This document shows, in pieces, positions 52,492-61,431 of a stretch of DNA of 64,000 bases. The translations under genes and the position numbers were made by a program. Source of the stretch: Candidatus Staskawiczbacteria bacterium RIFOXYB1_FULL_38_37 (GTDB lineage Bacteria > Patescibacteriota > Minisyncoccia > Minisyncoccales > Staskawiczbacteraceae). Numbering within the stretch: the first letter of the stretch is position 1; every line of letters begins with the position of its first letter. Under the pieces are notes generated by a model. That model was not told where the DNA came from and made no database searches. It was given only the letters and a program-made list of their open reading frames with translations. The stretch is taken from NCBI GenBank assembly GCA_001822075.1, contig MHPK01000006.1, positions 58,977-122,976 on the forward strand, read 5' to 3'.

Positions 52492-53963
52492 ATTAATGGT
52501 TCTTCGGGTTTGTCTTCCTTGCCCCCGCCTGAAGCTTCGGCATCATGGCGGGCAGGCTTTCCCTTGCCTTCAATTATGGATTTTTCATGCGAGCTTCTCA
52601 TAATTTTTGACTCTTCTTCTTCCATAAGTTTTTTTGCCGCCTCAGCTGGAATAGTGTACCTTGCGCGAGAGCGCTTTATAATTTCATCTTTAAAAGATTT
52701 GTGCTTTGGCGGCAAAACTTTAAGGGTTTCTGCTGAAAATGGGTCGTACGCTTCCCCATCAATAGTTTCTTTAATATAAAAATTCTGGACTCCCAGGTTT
52801 ACCATGTCTTTAACGCCGAATATCGGCGCCATTTCCGGTTCTAATTTAACCGCGTCTTCGCCGCCAACTCTAAACACAATAATGGTTCCTGTGTTTCCCA
52901 AAACTGCCTGCTGAACTTTTTCAAGAAGCTGGCCCATGTATTGGTGGGCTACGGTAAGGCAAAGTCCGTATTTGCGGGCTTCCGACAATAAGTTTTCAAA
53001 GGTTTCTGTCATAAGATTGTGGAACTCGTCAACATACAGATAAAAATCTTTTCTTTCAGATTCCGGCAGCGCGGCCCGCGCCATGCCTGCCTGCTTTAGC
53101 TTGGTAATAAACATTGAGCCAAAAAAACTGGAGTTTTCTTCTCCCAGCTTGCCTTTAGATAAGTTTATTAAAATAATTTTATCTTCATTCATTAATTTCT
53201 CCAAATCAACCTTATTTTCTTCCTGGCCAAAAATGCCCCTTAAAGCAGGGTCTGATAAAAACTGCGCTAACTTGTTAACCAAAGGAATAATGGCTTCGGT
53301 ATCATATTTTTCAGACCAGTCGGCAAACTCAATTGCCCAAAAACGTTTTACCATGTCGTCTTGGATGTATTCAACAACAAGCTGGCGGTAGTTTCTGTCG
53401 GTAAGCATGGAAATCATGCCCCGCATGGTGCCATGAGGATAATCTAAAAGCGCCAAACAAGTAAAGCGAAACACGTGCTCAAGCCTGGGCGTCCAATTGG
53501 CGCCAAATTGCTTTTCCAAAACTTCAATCAATCCCTGAGTCAGCTGATGCTTAAAGCCCGGGTCAATGTTAGCCAAAGGATTAAAAGAAATAGGATATTT
53601 TGAATCAGAGGGGTCAATAAGCACTACGTCGTCTATGCGCTCTTCTGGAATGAAGTGCAAAATTTCCTCTATAACGTCGCCGTGAGGGTCAATAAAACAA
53701 ACTCCGTGGCCATATCCAAGGTCTTGGCGAACAAAAAGCTCTAAAAGCTTAGACTTGCCCACTCCGGATTTACCGACAATGTACACGTGCCTGCGCCTGT
53801 CTATCCTCTTAATTCCAAAGATAAACTTTTGCTCCTGCAAAGCAGCCTCATAATTGGTTTTGCCGATAAAAGAACAATCTTCGGAGTCTACTGACCCATA
53901 AACAGGAAGCTCGGGAGGCGGAGGAGCCAATTTAAATCTACGAATTCTTTTATTATCTGCCAT
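52488..53963 (-). CDS. P-loop ATPase, VirD4/TraG/TraD-like (T4SS coupling-protein-like, FtsK/HerA superfamily), no TM segment; copy 1
   Basis: Walker A VGKSGVGKS, Walker B-like FYLYVDEFHN, VAHQYMGQL (TQSxxQL-like). Paralog of 59378..61408. Confidence 0.55.
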   Translation of the reverse strand: MADNKRIRRFKLAPPPPELPVYGSVDSEDCSFIGKTNYEAALQEQKFIFGIKRIDRRRHVYIVGKSGVGKSKLLELFVRQDLGYGHGVCFIDPHGDVIEEILHFIPEERIDDVVLIDPSDSKYPISFNPLANIDPGFKHQLTQGLIEVLEKQFGANWTPRLEHVFRFTCLALLDYPHGTMRGMISMLTDRNYRQLVVEYIQDDMVKRFWAIEFADWSEKYDTEAIIPLVNKLAQFLSDPALRGIFGQEENKVDLEKLMNEDKIILINLSKGKLGEENSSFFGSMFITKLKQAGMARAALPESERKDFYLYVDEFHNLMTETFENLLSEARKYGLCLTVAHQYMGQLLEKVQQAVLGNTGTIIVFRVGGEDAVKLEPEMAPIFGVKDMVNLGVQNFYIKETIDGEAYDPFSAETLKVLPPKHKSFKDEIIKRSRARYTIPAEAAKKLMEEEESKIMRSSHEKSIIEGKGKPARHDAEASGGGKEDKPEEPLI

Positions 53964-54059
53964 GTTTTTGTAACTTAAAATTATTAGCTTATCATAGCTT
54001 TTTTACGCCTCTTTATCAAGTTAAACAACTAAAAAGCCGTTCGGGACGGCTAGTATTTT

Positions 54060-54386
54060 TTATTTTAAATAATCTTCAATTTTATCAATTAAGTCAGGGA
54101 TATCCATTTGCATGGTATTCCAAATCTGGACTAAATCAATGTCAAAATATTCGTGAACAGCCATATTGCGAAAACCCATAATCATACGCCACGGCAAATC
54201 AATTGCTAATTTTATTTCTTCGGGCAGCTTTTTTGCTTCTTCTCCAATCACAATCAATTTCATAATAACCGCGCTTTGAGTTTTATTGTCAGCCAAAAAA
54301 TCTTTCTTCGACATTTTGTCACAATATCCAATCGCCTCATTTGCCTTATCAACAATATTTTTTAAATATATATTGCTATCTTTCAT
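54060..54386 (-). CDS. HEPN/DUF86-family protein (toxin-like)
   Basis: 108 aa, RNMAVHEY (Rx4-6H). Confidence 0.65.
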   Translation of the reverse strand: MKDSNIYLKNIVDKANEAIGYCDKMSKKDFLADNKTQSAVIMKLIVIGEEAKKLPEEIKLAIDLPWRMIMGFRNMAVHEYFDIDLVQIWNTMQMDIPDLIDKIEDYLK

Positions 54387-54720
54387 AAATTAAAGTTAGG
54401 TCTTTTTCAATGTATGGCTTAATATATTTATTTATCGCTCTGTCAGAAACCAGGTCAACATTTTTTCCCAAAGCGTCTTCCAAGTCATACTTAAGGCCGA
54501 TAAATTTATAGACCCCCATTTCGTCGCCCAAACGGACTAAAAAATCAATATCACTATCCGGCCCGTTCTCCCCTCTGGCGGCGCTGCCAAAAACCGCGGC
54601 AGATTGAATGCCATATTTTTTAAAGACAGGAGCAGATTTTTTTTTGATAATTTCTATATCCATTTTTTTGACGCCTCGCGGACACATTTTTAATATAACA
54701 TAAAATTTATAAAATTTCAA
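54376..54720 (-). CDS. minimal nucleotidyltransferase (MNT; antitoxin-like partner of the HEPN protein)
   Basis: FGSAARGENGPDSDIDFLV. Confidence 0.7.
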   Translation of the reverse strand: MKFYKFYVILKMCPRGVKKMDIEIIKKKSAPVFKKYGIQSAAVFGSAARGENGPDSDIDFLVRLGDEMGVYKFIGLKYDLEDALGKNVDLVSDRAINKYIKPYIEKDLTLIYER

Positions 54721-54775
54721 TTACTTTAAGTCCGACGGCTGGCGACCGCCAGCATTTGAGAAAAAATTGCTTTTA

Positions 54776-55099
54776 TTAACTGGTGGCGGCAATCAGCCAG
54801 TCTTTGAAATCCCTATTCAGACGATACAGCGAAATAGTTGCCATGCAGGGAACACCACCCTGGTAATACTCTCTGACAATATCCTCTATGCCTTGGACAT
54901 GCTTGTCTATGGTCATAATAATCATAGTTGCCCCCGGAGCCTCCACAACTCCGCCTGCCTGCGCAGACAGGCCGTTGTCCCGAGAAACTGAATTGGTGAG
55001 CATAATGTCCACTTTGCCCGCCATTCTTTTTTCCACCAAAATTTTGGCAATAATTTTGGCCGTATCCAAATTCTGACACGGCACATAAATAAATATCAT
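54776..55099 (-). CDS. cutA: CutA1-like divalent-cation tolerance protein (GC-elevated)
   Basis: 107 aa. MIFIYVPC...A..IAK.L....A and the C-terminal YQGGVPCMATISLYRLNRDFKDWL fit the CutA pattern. Confidence 0.5.
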   Translation of the reverse strand: MIFIYVPCQNLDTAKIIAKILVEKRMAGKVDIMLTNSVSRDNGLSAQAGGVVEAPGATMIIMTIDKHVQGIEDIVREYYQGGVPCMATISLYRLNRDFKDWLIAATS

Positions 55100-55142
55100 T
55101 TACCCTGGCCTTATGAAGGCCTATATTAAATCGACCTTTACC

Positions 55143-55185
55143 CCGTTAGAAATTACGCTGTATGAGCTATTTCTAACGGGGTTTA
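55143..55185. repeat. inverted repeat hairpin (ccccgttagaaat / atttctaacgggg) immediately 3' of P4
   Basis: accccgttagaaattacgctgtatgagctatttctaacggggt. Related arms ccccgttagaagt / acttctaacgggg at 47027-47123. Confidence 0.6.
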
Positions 55186-55187
55186 TT

Positions 55188-56840
55188 TTACGCTACTTCT
55201 TGATTGTAGCAACTTTTGCATAAAATATCTTTTACTTCCTCTTCAGGATAGTGGGTTTGAAATTCAGCGCCGCATTTAGAGCAGGTTCTCTTGTACAGCC
55301 TCAACTGCTTAACCCAACGATTAAACTTTTCTTGAATACGGCAGAATGGACATTTTCTTGGCAAAGGAAAATTCATATTTCTCAAAAAATTCAACTCTGC
55401 TTTTATAATTTTAAATCCCTTTTTGCAATTTTGACATTCTATTACTTCGTTCAAAATCTCGTCAGAAGCATCTTTTATATGGTCTGGCAAATCGCTGGGT
55501 TTTTTTGTAATTTGATATTGCGCGATTTTTATTTCTGTTCGGTTTTGTGGATAAAAACTCTGAGCAATTGTGTCATTATATGCAAACGGACTTAAATTTA
55601 TCGGAAAAAATTCTCCATACTCTTTTCTTTCCTTCATCTGTTCAATAATTTTTGCCTTTAAGGTATTATAATCTTCTTCTGAATAACGCTTGTTAAGAAT
55701 GCAATAACTTCCACTTTTAATTGACATACAACCAAAAAGATGAGAGGTGCGACCATAACAAGAAACAGAATATTCAATATCGCGCGCTCCATGTCCGCCA
55801 CTAAGGCAGAACTTTAATTCAGATGCCCCCTCGCCGCACGAACAACATTCATAACACAAAGAAACATTGTTGCCCCAAGCTGTAAAATCATATGTGTCTT
55901 TAATCGGCGAAAGATAAGCCAAAGAAATATATTTTGAATTCTCAGCTCCCTCTACCTCAAAACATTGCTGGCAATTTTTGGATTGAAAAACATAACTGCC
56001 CAGGCAATTAACCGAAAAATCGTCATACGCGGGGCGGGGCGGAAATTTTTTCCAGTGTTCCTCTGCTCGCCTTTTAATTTCCTGATATGTTGCGTATGAA
56101 CCCAAATCCCATTTTTTAATTTCCTCAAAATAAGTTTCTTTGGTATAAGGTTTATTAAAAATATAATATTTTTTGTTTCTTAAATTCGCGGAAGCAAAAC
56201 AGTCTTGGCAATTATCTGAATCCCTTAGAAAAAAACAATTCAGCGACTCTGTAACGTTTCCCTTTGTGCCAGCGCATCGGTTGCATCTGAACAAATTAGT
56301 TGCGTCAAAACAAAAATCTGACTGCATTGCCATTGAAACATCAAGCAAAGATTTGTTCTTTAAAAGATAATGGCCATACATGCAGTCTTCGTTGAAGTCG
56401 CCAAAAAAAATCAAATAACAATTTTTAAGATGTCCAACTTGATTAGTGTAGTCTGAATTCTCTAATGTAGCATAATCAGCATCAAGACCCAGCTGGGGTA
56501 CCTGATGCCAAAACTCATTAAATTGGTCAAAAAATGGCCTGGAAAAATCATAATCTCGGCCATACGAAAACGGGTCCCAATCGTCAGACCACCAACATTT
56601 TGCGCAGTACACTTTATATGGTGAATCCGCAGAATGAGCTAAAATCAGTTCCTTCTGACAAAAATCACACTTGCGCTTGTAAAGTTTAAACATATTATAA
56701 AACGCCATGCGTCTTTGCCTCCTGCACTCTGGGCAAAAAGTCGGCGGCGGAACTTTTATCTTTTCGTAGAATGCAAAATCATCGGCTTCAATTACAAAGT
56801 CCTTTTTGCAGTTCTGGCATTGTTTGGTTTCGGAATTCAT
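55188..56840 (-). CDS. cysteine-rich multi-zinc-ribbon protein, paralog P4
   Basis: 550 aa. CQNCKKDFVIEADDFAFYEKIKVPPPTFCPECR at the N-terminus and CKSCYNQEVA at the C-terminus. Confidence 0.6.
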   Translation of the reverse strand: MNSETKQCQNCKKDFVIEADDFAFYEKIKVPPPTFCPECRRQRRMAFYNMFKLYKRKCDFCQKELILAHSADSPYKVYCAKCWWSDDWDPFSYGRDYDFSRPFFDQFNEFWHQVPQLGLDADYATLENSDYTNQVGHLKNCYLIFFGDFNEDCMYGHYLLKNKSLLDVSMAMQSDFCFDATNLFRCNRCAGTKGNVTESLNCFFLRDSDNCQDCFASANLRNKKYYIFNKPYTKETYFEEIKKWDLGSYATYQEIKRRAEEHWKKFPPRPAYDDFSVNCLGSYVFQSKNCQQCFEVEGAENSKYISLAYLSPIKDTYDFTAWGNNVSLCYECCSCGEGASELKFCLSGGHGARDIEYSVSCYGRTSHLFGCMSIKSGSYCILNKRYSEEDYNTLKAKIIEQMKERKEYGEFFPINLSPFAYNDTIAQSFYPQNRTEIKIAQYQITKKPSDLPDHIKDASDEILNEVIECQNCKKGFKIIKAELNFLRNMNFPLPRKCPFCRIQEKFNRWVKQLRLYKRTCSKCGAEFQTHYPEEEVKDILCKSCYNQEVA

Positions 56841-56876
56841 AATTAAAAAATATCAGATTAAACAGATTAAACAGAA

Positions 56877-56910
56877 AGTTAGTTTTTTGGCTCGAGCCAA
56901 AAAACTAACT
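56877..56910. terminator. perfect 34-bp palindrome, family E hairpin
   Basis: agttagttttttggctcgagccaaaaaactaact. Confidence 0.55.
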
Positions 56911-57444
56911 CAACTTATATCTTAGTTTGATTTTTTCTTGATTATCAATAAAATTAAGCAATCCAAACCGGATATATTTTTCCAAATTAAACAGTCTGGC
57001 AAAATCATCAATTTCTTTCTTGCAATCATACGGATGCAGAAATAGGCTTTCCTGCAACTCATAAAATCCTCCCATTTTTAATCTGTATCGCAATGCATTT
57101 CTGTCTTTTCTATGAGAATTAGGAATATCAAAAGCCACCATTCTCCATTTTCCATCCCATTTCCCTTTTTTATGACCCAATCGCCTAAATCTAAAATTTA
57201 TAACTCGCAGAATTCCTTTTTCAGTAAGAGAAACTAAAATTGATCCTTCGTAATTTTTCTTTTTTTCCAATAGCTTTTGTTTTTTGAGATCTGTCACTGC
57301 AGAAATTAACTGTTTTGATGTAAAACCATGAATGCCTTTTATTGCGTCGTTTAGTAAAATAAGCCGAGCGTCTCCATGGCGACCAACTTTTTCGCTGCTT
57401 GCGTAATATATTCTCCATAATATTTCTTCAACAATTTTATTCAT
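56905..57444 (-). CDS. PaaX-like protein: N-terminal winged-helix + C-terminal Cas2/VapD-like domain
   Basis: WRMVAFDIPNSHRKDRNALRYRLKMGGFYELQESLFLHPYD resembles the Cas2-type beta-alpha core. N-terminal HTH-like region. Confidence 0.4.
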   Translation of the reverse strand: MNKIVEEILWRIYYASSEKVGRHGDARLILLNDAIKGIHGFTSKQLISAVTDLKKQKLLEKKKNYEGSILVSLTEKGILRVINFRFRRLGHKKGKWDGKWRMVAFDIPNSHRKDRNALRYRLKMGGFYELQESLFLHPYDCKKEIDDFARLFNLEKYIRFGLLNFIDNQEKIKLRYKLS

Positions 57445-57477
57445 GCTTCCATTATATAAAACAGATATGAAATAGTA

Positions 57478-57507
57478 AACTTTTTGGCTCGAGCCAAAAA
57501 ACTAACC
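57478..57507. terminator. family E palindromic hairpin (second copy flanking the PaaX-like gene)
   Basis: aaactttttggctcgagccaaaaaactaacc. Confidence 0.55.
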
Positions 57508-57528
57508 TAATTATTACCTACATTTTAT

Positions 57529-59244
57529 TTAAGCTACTTCGGCGTTGTAACAGCTTTCGCAATAAATAATCTCCGGCCTGTCCGGAGCATATGAGGTTTT
57601 TATTTCTTTTCCGCATTTGGCGCATTGGCGGTCCCAAAGCTTAAATGGCGTGCGCTGGGCAAGCCTTCTATAATGCCTACAGTTAGAGCATAGCCTTGGC
57701 AAAGCAAGATTCATTTTTCTGTAAAATTCAAGCTCAGAGAGAATAATTTTGAATGCACCCATACATTGTTCGTTGCAATTACCCTGATGTTCGCACTCTA
57801 TTACCTGATTTAAAATATTGTCTTTTACGTTTTTTATGTGGTCTGGCAAGTCAGCAGCTTTAAGCGTGATGGAATAATTTTTTATGTCAGGCTCTCTCCA
57901 CTTGTACCCTTTTTCCAAAATTTCTGATTTTGTTTTTGGGTAATATTCCTGGGCGATCGTTTCGTTGTAAGCAAAAGGCGATATTTCAGATGGAAAAAAT
58001 TCTCCGTATTTATACACTCTTCCCTTTTTATCTACATAAGGCATGTCATTCATATGAGCAATTACTTTAGGAACAAGTTCTTCATATTCTTCTTTGGTGT
58101 AATGTTTGTTTAAGATACAATATTTTTTGCTGCGAAGCCCCACGCATCCAAACAAATTTGCTGAATTTTTGCACGCATAAGTATAATTTGTATTTTGACA
58201 AGAATGAGTAAAAACGGCAAAAAAATTGCGAGTAGCGTTATCTCCAGTATCCATAACTTCATAAGAATTGTCGTGGGTTGCGCCTACGCCCGGACCGCCA
58301 TCATAAATATCATGCAAAGGCCCCACAGCATGCAATATGTACTTACAACCTTCAGCTCCCCCGAATATATCAAACCCCATATAAACGTTTTTAGAATTAA
58401 GAATATTATTTCCAATGCAATTCACTGATTTATAAATAAATCCGTAGCGCCTTGGATATTGCATTATAAATTCGGCTAATTTTTTTCTGAAATCAGTAAG
58501 CCCTTTATAACTTCCAAAGTCATATTTATTCCGCTCTTTTGCATATTCTTCTTTTGTGTATTGCTGGTTAAAAATACAGTTTGACTTGTTTCGCAAATTT
58601 ATACAACCCAAAGAATCTATCATATTTTTGCATGCATGCAAAAATGCGCAGTTAACACTTTCGTCACTATCATAAGAAAAGTAAATTCGATTTAAATCTC
58701 CGCACGCAGTATTATCGTAACATTGCATCTGATTAAAAGCTAAATATAAATCAAGAGAATTTTTACAATTTACGGCTCCGCGAGAATAACTTAAATCTTC
58801 ATCTGTCATAGAGGCATATACAAGATAGCAATTTTTCATATCAAGGTTATGATTTCCGTATTCAGAATTTACTACATTAGAATTAGCGAGATTAGGAAGA
58901 GGAGCTTTTTTGAACAGTTCATGAAATTGCTGAAAAAACGGTTTTGAAAAATCATAATCCATTCCAGACTCAAGCTGATCCCATTTGTCTGACCACCAAT
59001 AATCTCTTTCATAAACCAAGAGTGGCTGTTCTGGAGAAAACATCGTAATAATATCTTTGCCGGTGGCATTACACTTTCTATGATATAGAGTTCGCTCGTT
59101 TCTCCAACTCATTCGCCGTACAATCCTGCACTCTGGACAAAATGTCGGCGGCGGGACTTTTATCTTTTCATAGAACGCAAAGTCATCGGGCTCGATAATA
59201 AACTCGTTATGGCAGTTTTGACATTGTCTAGTCTCTGATTGCAT
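57529..59244 (-). CDS. cysteine-rich multi-zinc-ribbon protein, paralog P5
   Basis: 571 aa. CQNCHNEFIIEPDDFAFYEKIKVPPPTFCPECR at the N-terminus and SYAPDRPEIIYCESCYNAEVA at the C-terminus. Confidence 0.6.
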   Translation of the reverse strand: MQSETRQCQNCHNEFIIEPDDFAFYEKIKVPPPTFCPECRIVRRMSWRNERTLYHRKCNATGKDIITMFSPEQPLLVYERDYWWSDKWDQLESGMDYDFSKPFFQQFHELFKKAPLPNLANSNVVNSEYGNHNLDMKNCYLVYASMTDEDLSYSRGAVNCKNSLDLYLAFNQMQCYDNTACGDLNRIYFSYDSDESVNCAFLHACKNMIDSLGCINLRNKSNCIFNQQYTKEEYAKERNKYDFGSYKGLTDFRKKLAEFIMQYPRRYGFIYKSVNCIGNNILNSKNVYMGFDIFGGAEGCKYILHAVGPLHDIYDGGPGVGATHDNSYEVMDTGDNATRNFFAVFTHSCQNTNYTYACKNSANLFGCVGLRSKKYCILNKHYTKEEYEELVPKVIAHMNDMPYVDKKGRVYKYGEFFPSEISPFAYNETIAQEYYPKTKSEILEKGYKWREPDIKNYSITLKAADLPDHIKNVKDNILNQVIECEHQGNCNEQCMGAFKIILSELEFYRKMNLALPRLCSNCRHYRRLAQRTPFKLWDRQCAKCGKEIKTSYAPDRPEIIYCESCYNAEVA

Positions 59245-59257
59245 ATTTATTTTGTTT

Positions 59258-59314
59258 CACTTAGATTTCTCATGTCATTTCTACTGTCAAATGACAGTGA
59301 ATGTTTTATTTTAA
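59258..59314. promoter_or_regulatory. motif D copy 4, directly upstream of P5 (best-preserved; 16-bp perfect palindrome ACTGTCAAATGACAGT)
   Basis: cacttagatttctcatgtcatttctactgtcaaatgacagtgaatgttttattttaa. Minus strand gives TTGACA overlapping the palindrome, 60 nt upstream of the ATG. Confidence 0.55.
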
Positions 59315-59377
59315 TATATCAAAAAACCCCGAAATCCGCCAGCTGGCGGAAACGGGGCCAAATCACAAATTACAAAA

Positions 59378-61408
59378 TTATAGTTTGACAGACTCGCCTG
59401 GCTTTAGGGGCTTCTTGTCCGCCTGATTGCCCGCACTTTCGGCGGGCTTTCCCGAGCCCTTAAACTTGTCTTCTGCTGCCATTTTATCTTCATATTTTTC
59501 CTGTTCAATCCTGTCTTTTAATTCTTCCTCTGGCGTTTTTTCGTTTTGTTCTTCTGAGATTTTTGTGTTGGTTGCAGCTAATGATTCTTCCAATGCCTTT
59601 TTTAAATCAGATAAATTAATTTCTTTTCTTTGCTTTGACGGGGCATTGCCCTGCTTTGGCGAAGGCGAAGTAAAACCTGAATGCTGGCCATCTTTTGTTT
59701 TTGGCTTGTGAAATGGAACGTTCTCTAATTTAGCTTCCTCGCCAGAAAAATTCTGATTAGAACGGGAAGGAGCGCCAAATTCTATACCCAAATCTGCCAA
59801 AGCGCTATCCCCTTTTGTCCTGTTTGTCTCCCGGCGAGCTGACGCGCCCGCCTGCACAGGCAGGTTAAACGCCCCCTTATATGCTGCCGGTGATTTTAAT
59901 TTTTCTTCCTGTATTTTTTTCAGGCAGGCTTTGCAATAAACAGCTCTGCCGGGTTCTGGCGGAAAAATAACTTTTGTTGACTTGCCACAGTTGGAACATA
60001 CAGCATCATACAGCTTGGTAGAATTAGGATTAGAAGAGCGGGAGCTGTTGGATTGGTACATGGGTTTGGTAGATTTCTGGGGATTAGAAAGGTCGGAAGC
60101 ATTGGAAACAGGAATATCCCTATTAGCTGCCCAGCGGTTAATTTCTTCTTCTACGGCTTTTACGTTGCGGGCGTACTTTAACCTGGACGTATTAATTATT
60201 TCATCTCTCTTTTTATCGTCTTTAGCAATGGGCGCCAATGTAATGGTTCTGGCAGAAAACGGCCTGGAAGTAATGCCGTCTATCATAAGTTTCATATAAA
60301 CATTGCGGTTATCCAGGCGGATTAAATCGGTTTGCTCAAATTCCGGCGTGAATTCCTGCTCTAAAAATTCGGCATCAGCTGCGCCCACTCTAAAAGAAAG
60401 CATAGTTCCCACGTTGCCAAAAACAGCATCTCTAACAGCAGTGCTCTCTCCTGTAACCAGCTGGCCGACATATTGATGGGCAATAACCAGATCCAAGCGG
60501 TATTTGCGCGCCTCTGACAAAATGTTCACGAAAGAATCTGTGGCAAAATTTTGGAACTCGTCAACATACAGATAAAAATCTTTTCTTTCGTCTTCGGGGA
60601 TTCTAACGCGCTCCATGGCCGAGAGCTGTATTTTTGTAATAAGCATGGCTCCCAAGATGGCTGAATTATCTTCGCCAATTCTCCCTTTAGAAACATTGAC
60701 CAAAAGAATTTTTTGATTATTCATTATATCTTCAATATCAATGGTATTTTTAGCTTGCCCCACAATATTTCTGACAAAAGAAACATTCAAAAACTGCCCA
60801 ACTTTATTTTGAACTGGGGCTATGGCTTCGTTGCGATATCTAGAGTCCCATTCTTCGTATTCGTTCACCCAAAATGATTTTACAACCGGGTCATTGAGAT
60901 TATTGATAATTTTTTGCCGGTAGTCTCTGTCAACAAGCATTCTTGGTATGCCAAGCAATGTGGTGCCTGGAGTATCCAGCAAAGCTAAAATGCAATTGGC
61001 AAGAATGTATTCCATGCGGGCTGACCACACGTTGGCCCAAATTTTGGTAAAAATGCCAATCAATCCCGATGCAATCAGGTGCTTATATCTTGGATCTGCC
61101 ACATCCATAATATTAAAGCTAACGGGATGCTGCATATCCACTGGATTAAAATAAACCACATCCTTTATTCTGTGCGAAGGGATGCTTTCTAAAATTTCTT
61201 CAACAAACTCGCCATGAGGGTCAATAATAGCAAGCCCTTCCCCGTTATCAATATCCTGCAGGGCCATATTTTTTAAAAAGCCTGTTTTACCAACTCCGGT
61301 TTTTCCAATCACATACATGTGCTGGCGCCTATCGTTCCTTTTAATTCCAAACTTTTGTTCAGCTCCGCGGAAGTTTGTTTGGGCAATATAAGTTAAATCT
61401 TTAGACAT
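59378..61408 (-). CDS. P-loop ATPase, VirD4/TraG/TraD-like, copy 2, with long low-complexity C-terminal tail containing a CxxC...CxxC zinc ribbon
   Basis: IGKTGVGKTG Walker A, FYLYVDEFQN, IAHQYVGQL. C-terminal CSNCGKSTKVIFPPEPGRAVYCKAC. Confidence 0.55.
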   Translation of the reverse strand: MSKDLTYIAQTNFRGAEQKFGIKRNDRRQHMYVIGKTGVGKTGFLKNMALQDIDNGEGLAIIDPHGEFVEEILESIPSHRIKDVVYFNPVDMQHPVSFNIMDVADPRYKHLIASGLIGIFTKIWANVWSARMEYILANCILALLDTPGTTLLGIPRMLVDRDYRQKIINNLNDPVVKSFWVNEYEEWDSRYRNEAIAPVQNKVGQFLNVSFVRNIVGQAKNTIDIEDIMNNQKILLVNVSKGRIGEDNSAILGAMLITKIQLSAMERVRIPEDERKDFYLYVDEFQNFATDSFVNILSEARKYRLDLVIAHQYVGQLVTGESTAVRDAVFGNVGTMLSFRVGAADAEFLEQEFTPEFEQTDLIRLDNRNVYMKLMIDGITSRPFSARTITLAPIAKDDKKRDEIINTSRLKYARNVKAVEEEINRWAANRDIPVSNASDLSNPQKSTKPMYQSNSSRSSNPNSTKLYDAVCSNCGKSTKVIFPPEPGRAVYCKACLKKIQEEKLKSPAAYKGAFNLPVQAGASARRETNRTKGDSALADLGIEFGAPSRSNQNFSGEEAKLENVPFHKPKTKDGQHSGFTSPSPKQGNAPSKQRKEINLSDLKKALEESLAATNTKISEEQNEKTPEEELKDRIEQEKYEDKMAAEDKFKGSGKPAESAGNQADKKPLKPGESVKL

Positions 61409-61431
61409 AACATAATACTAATATGCTAATT

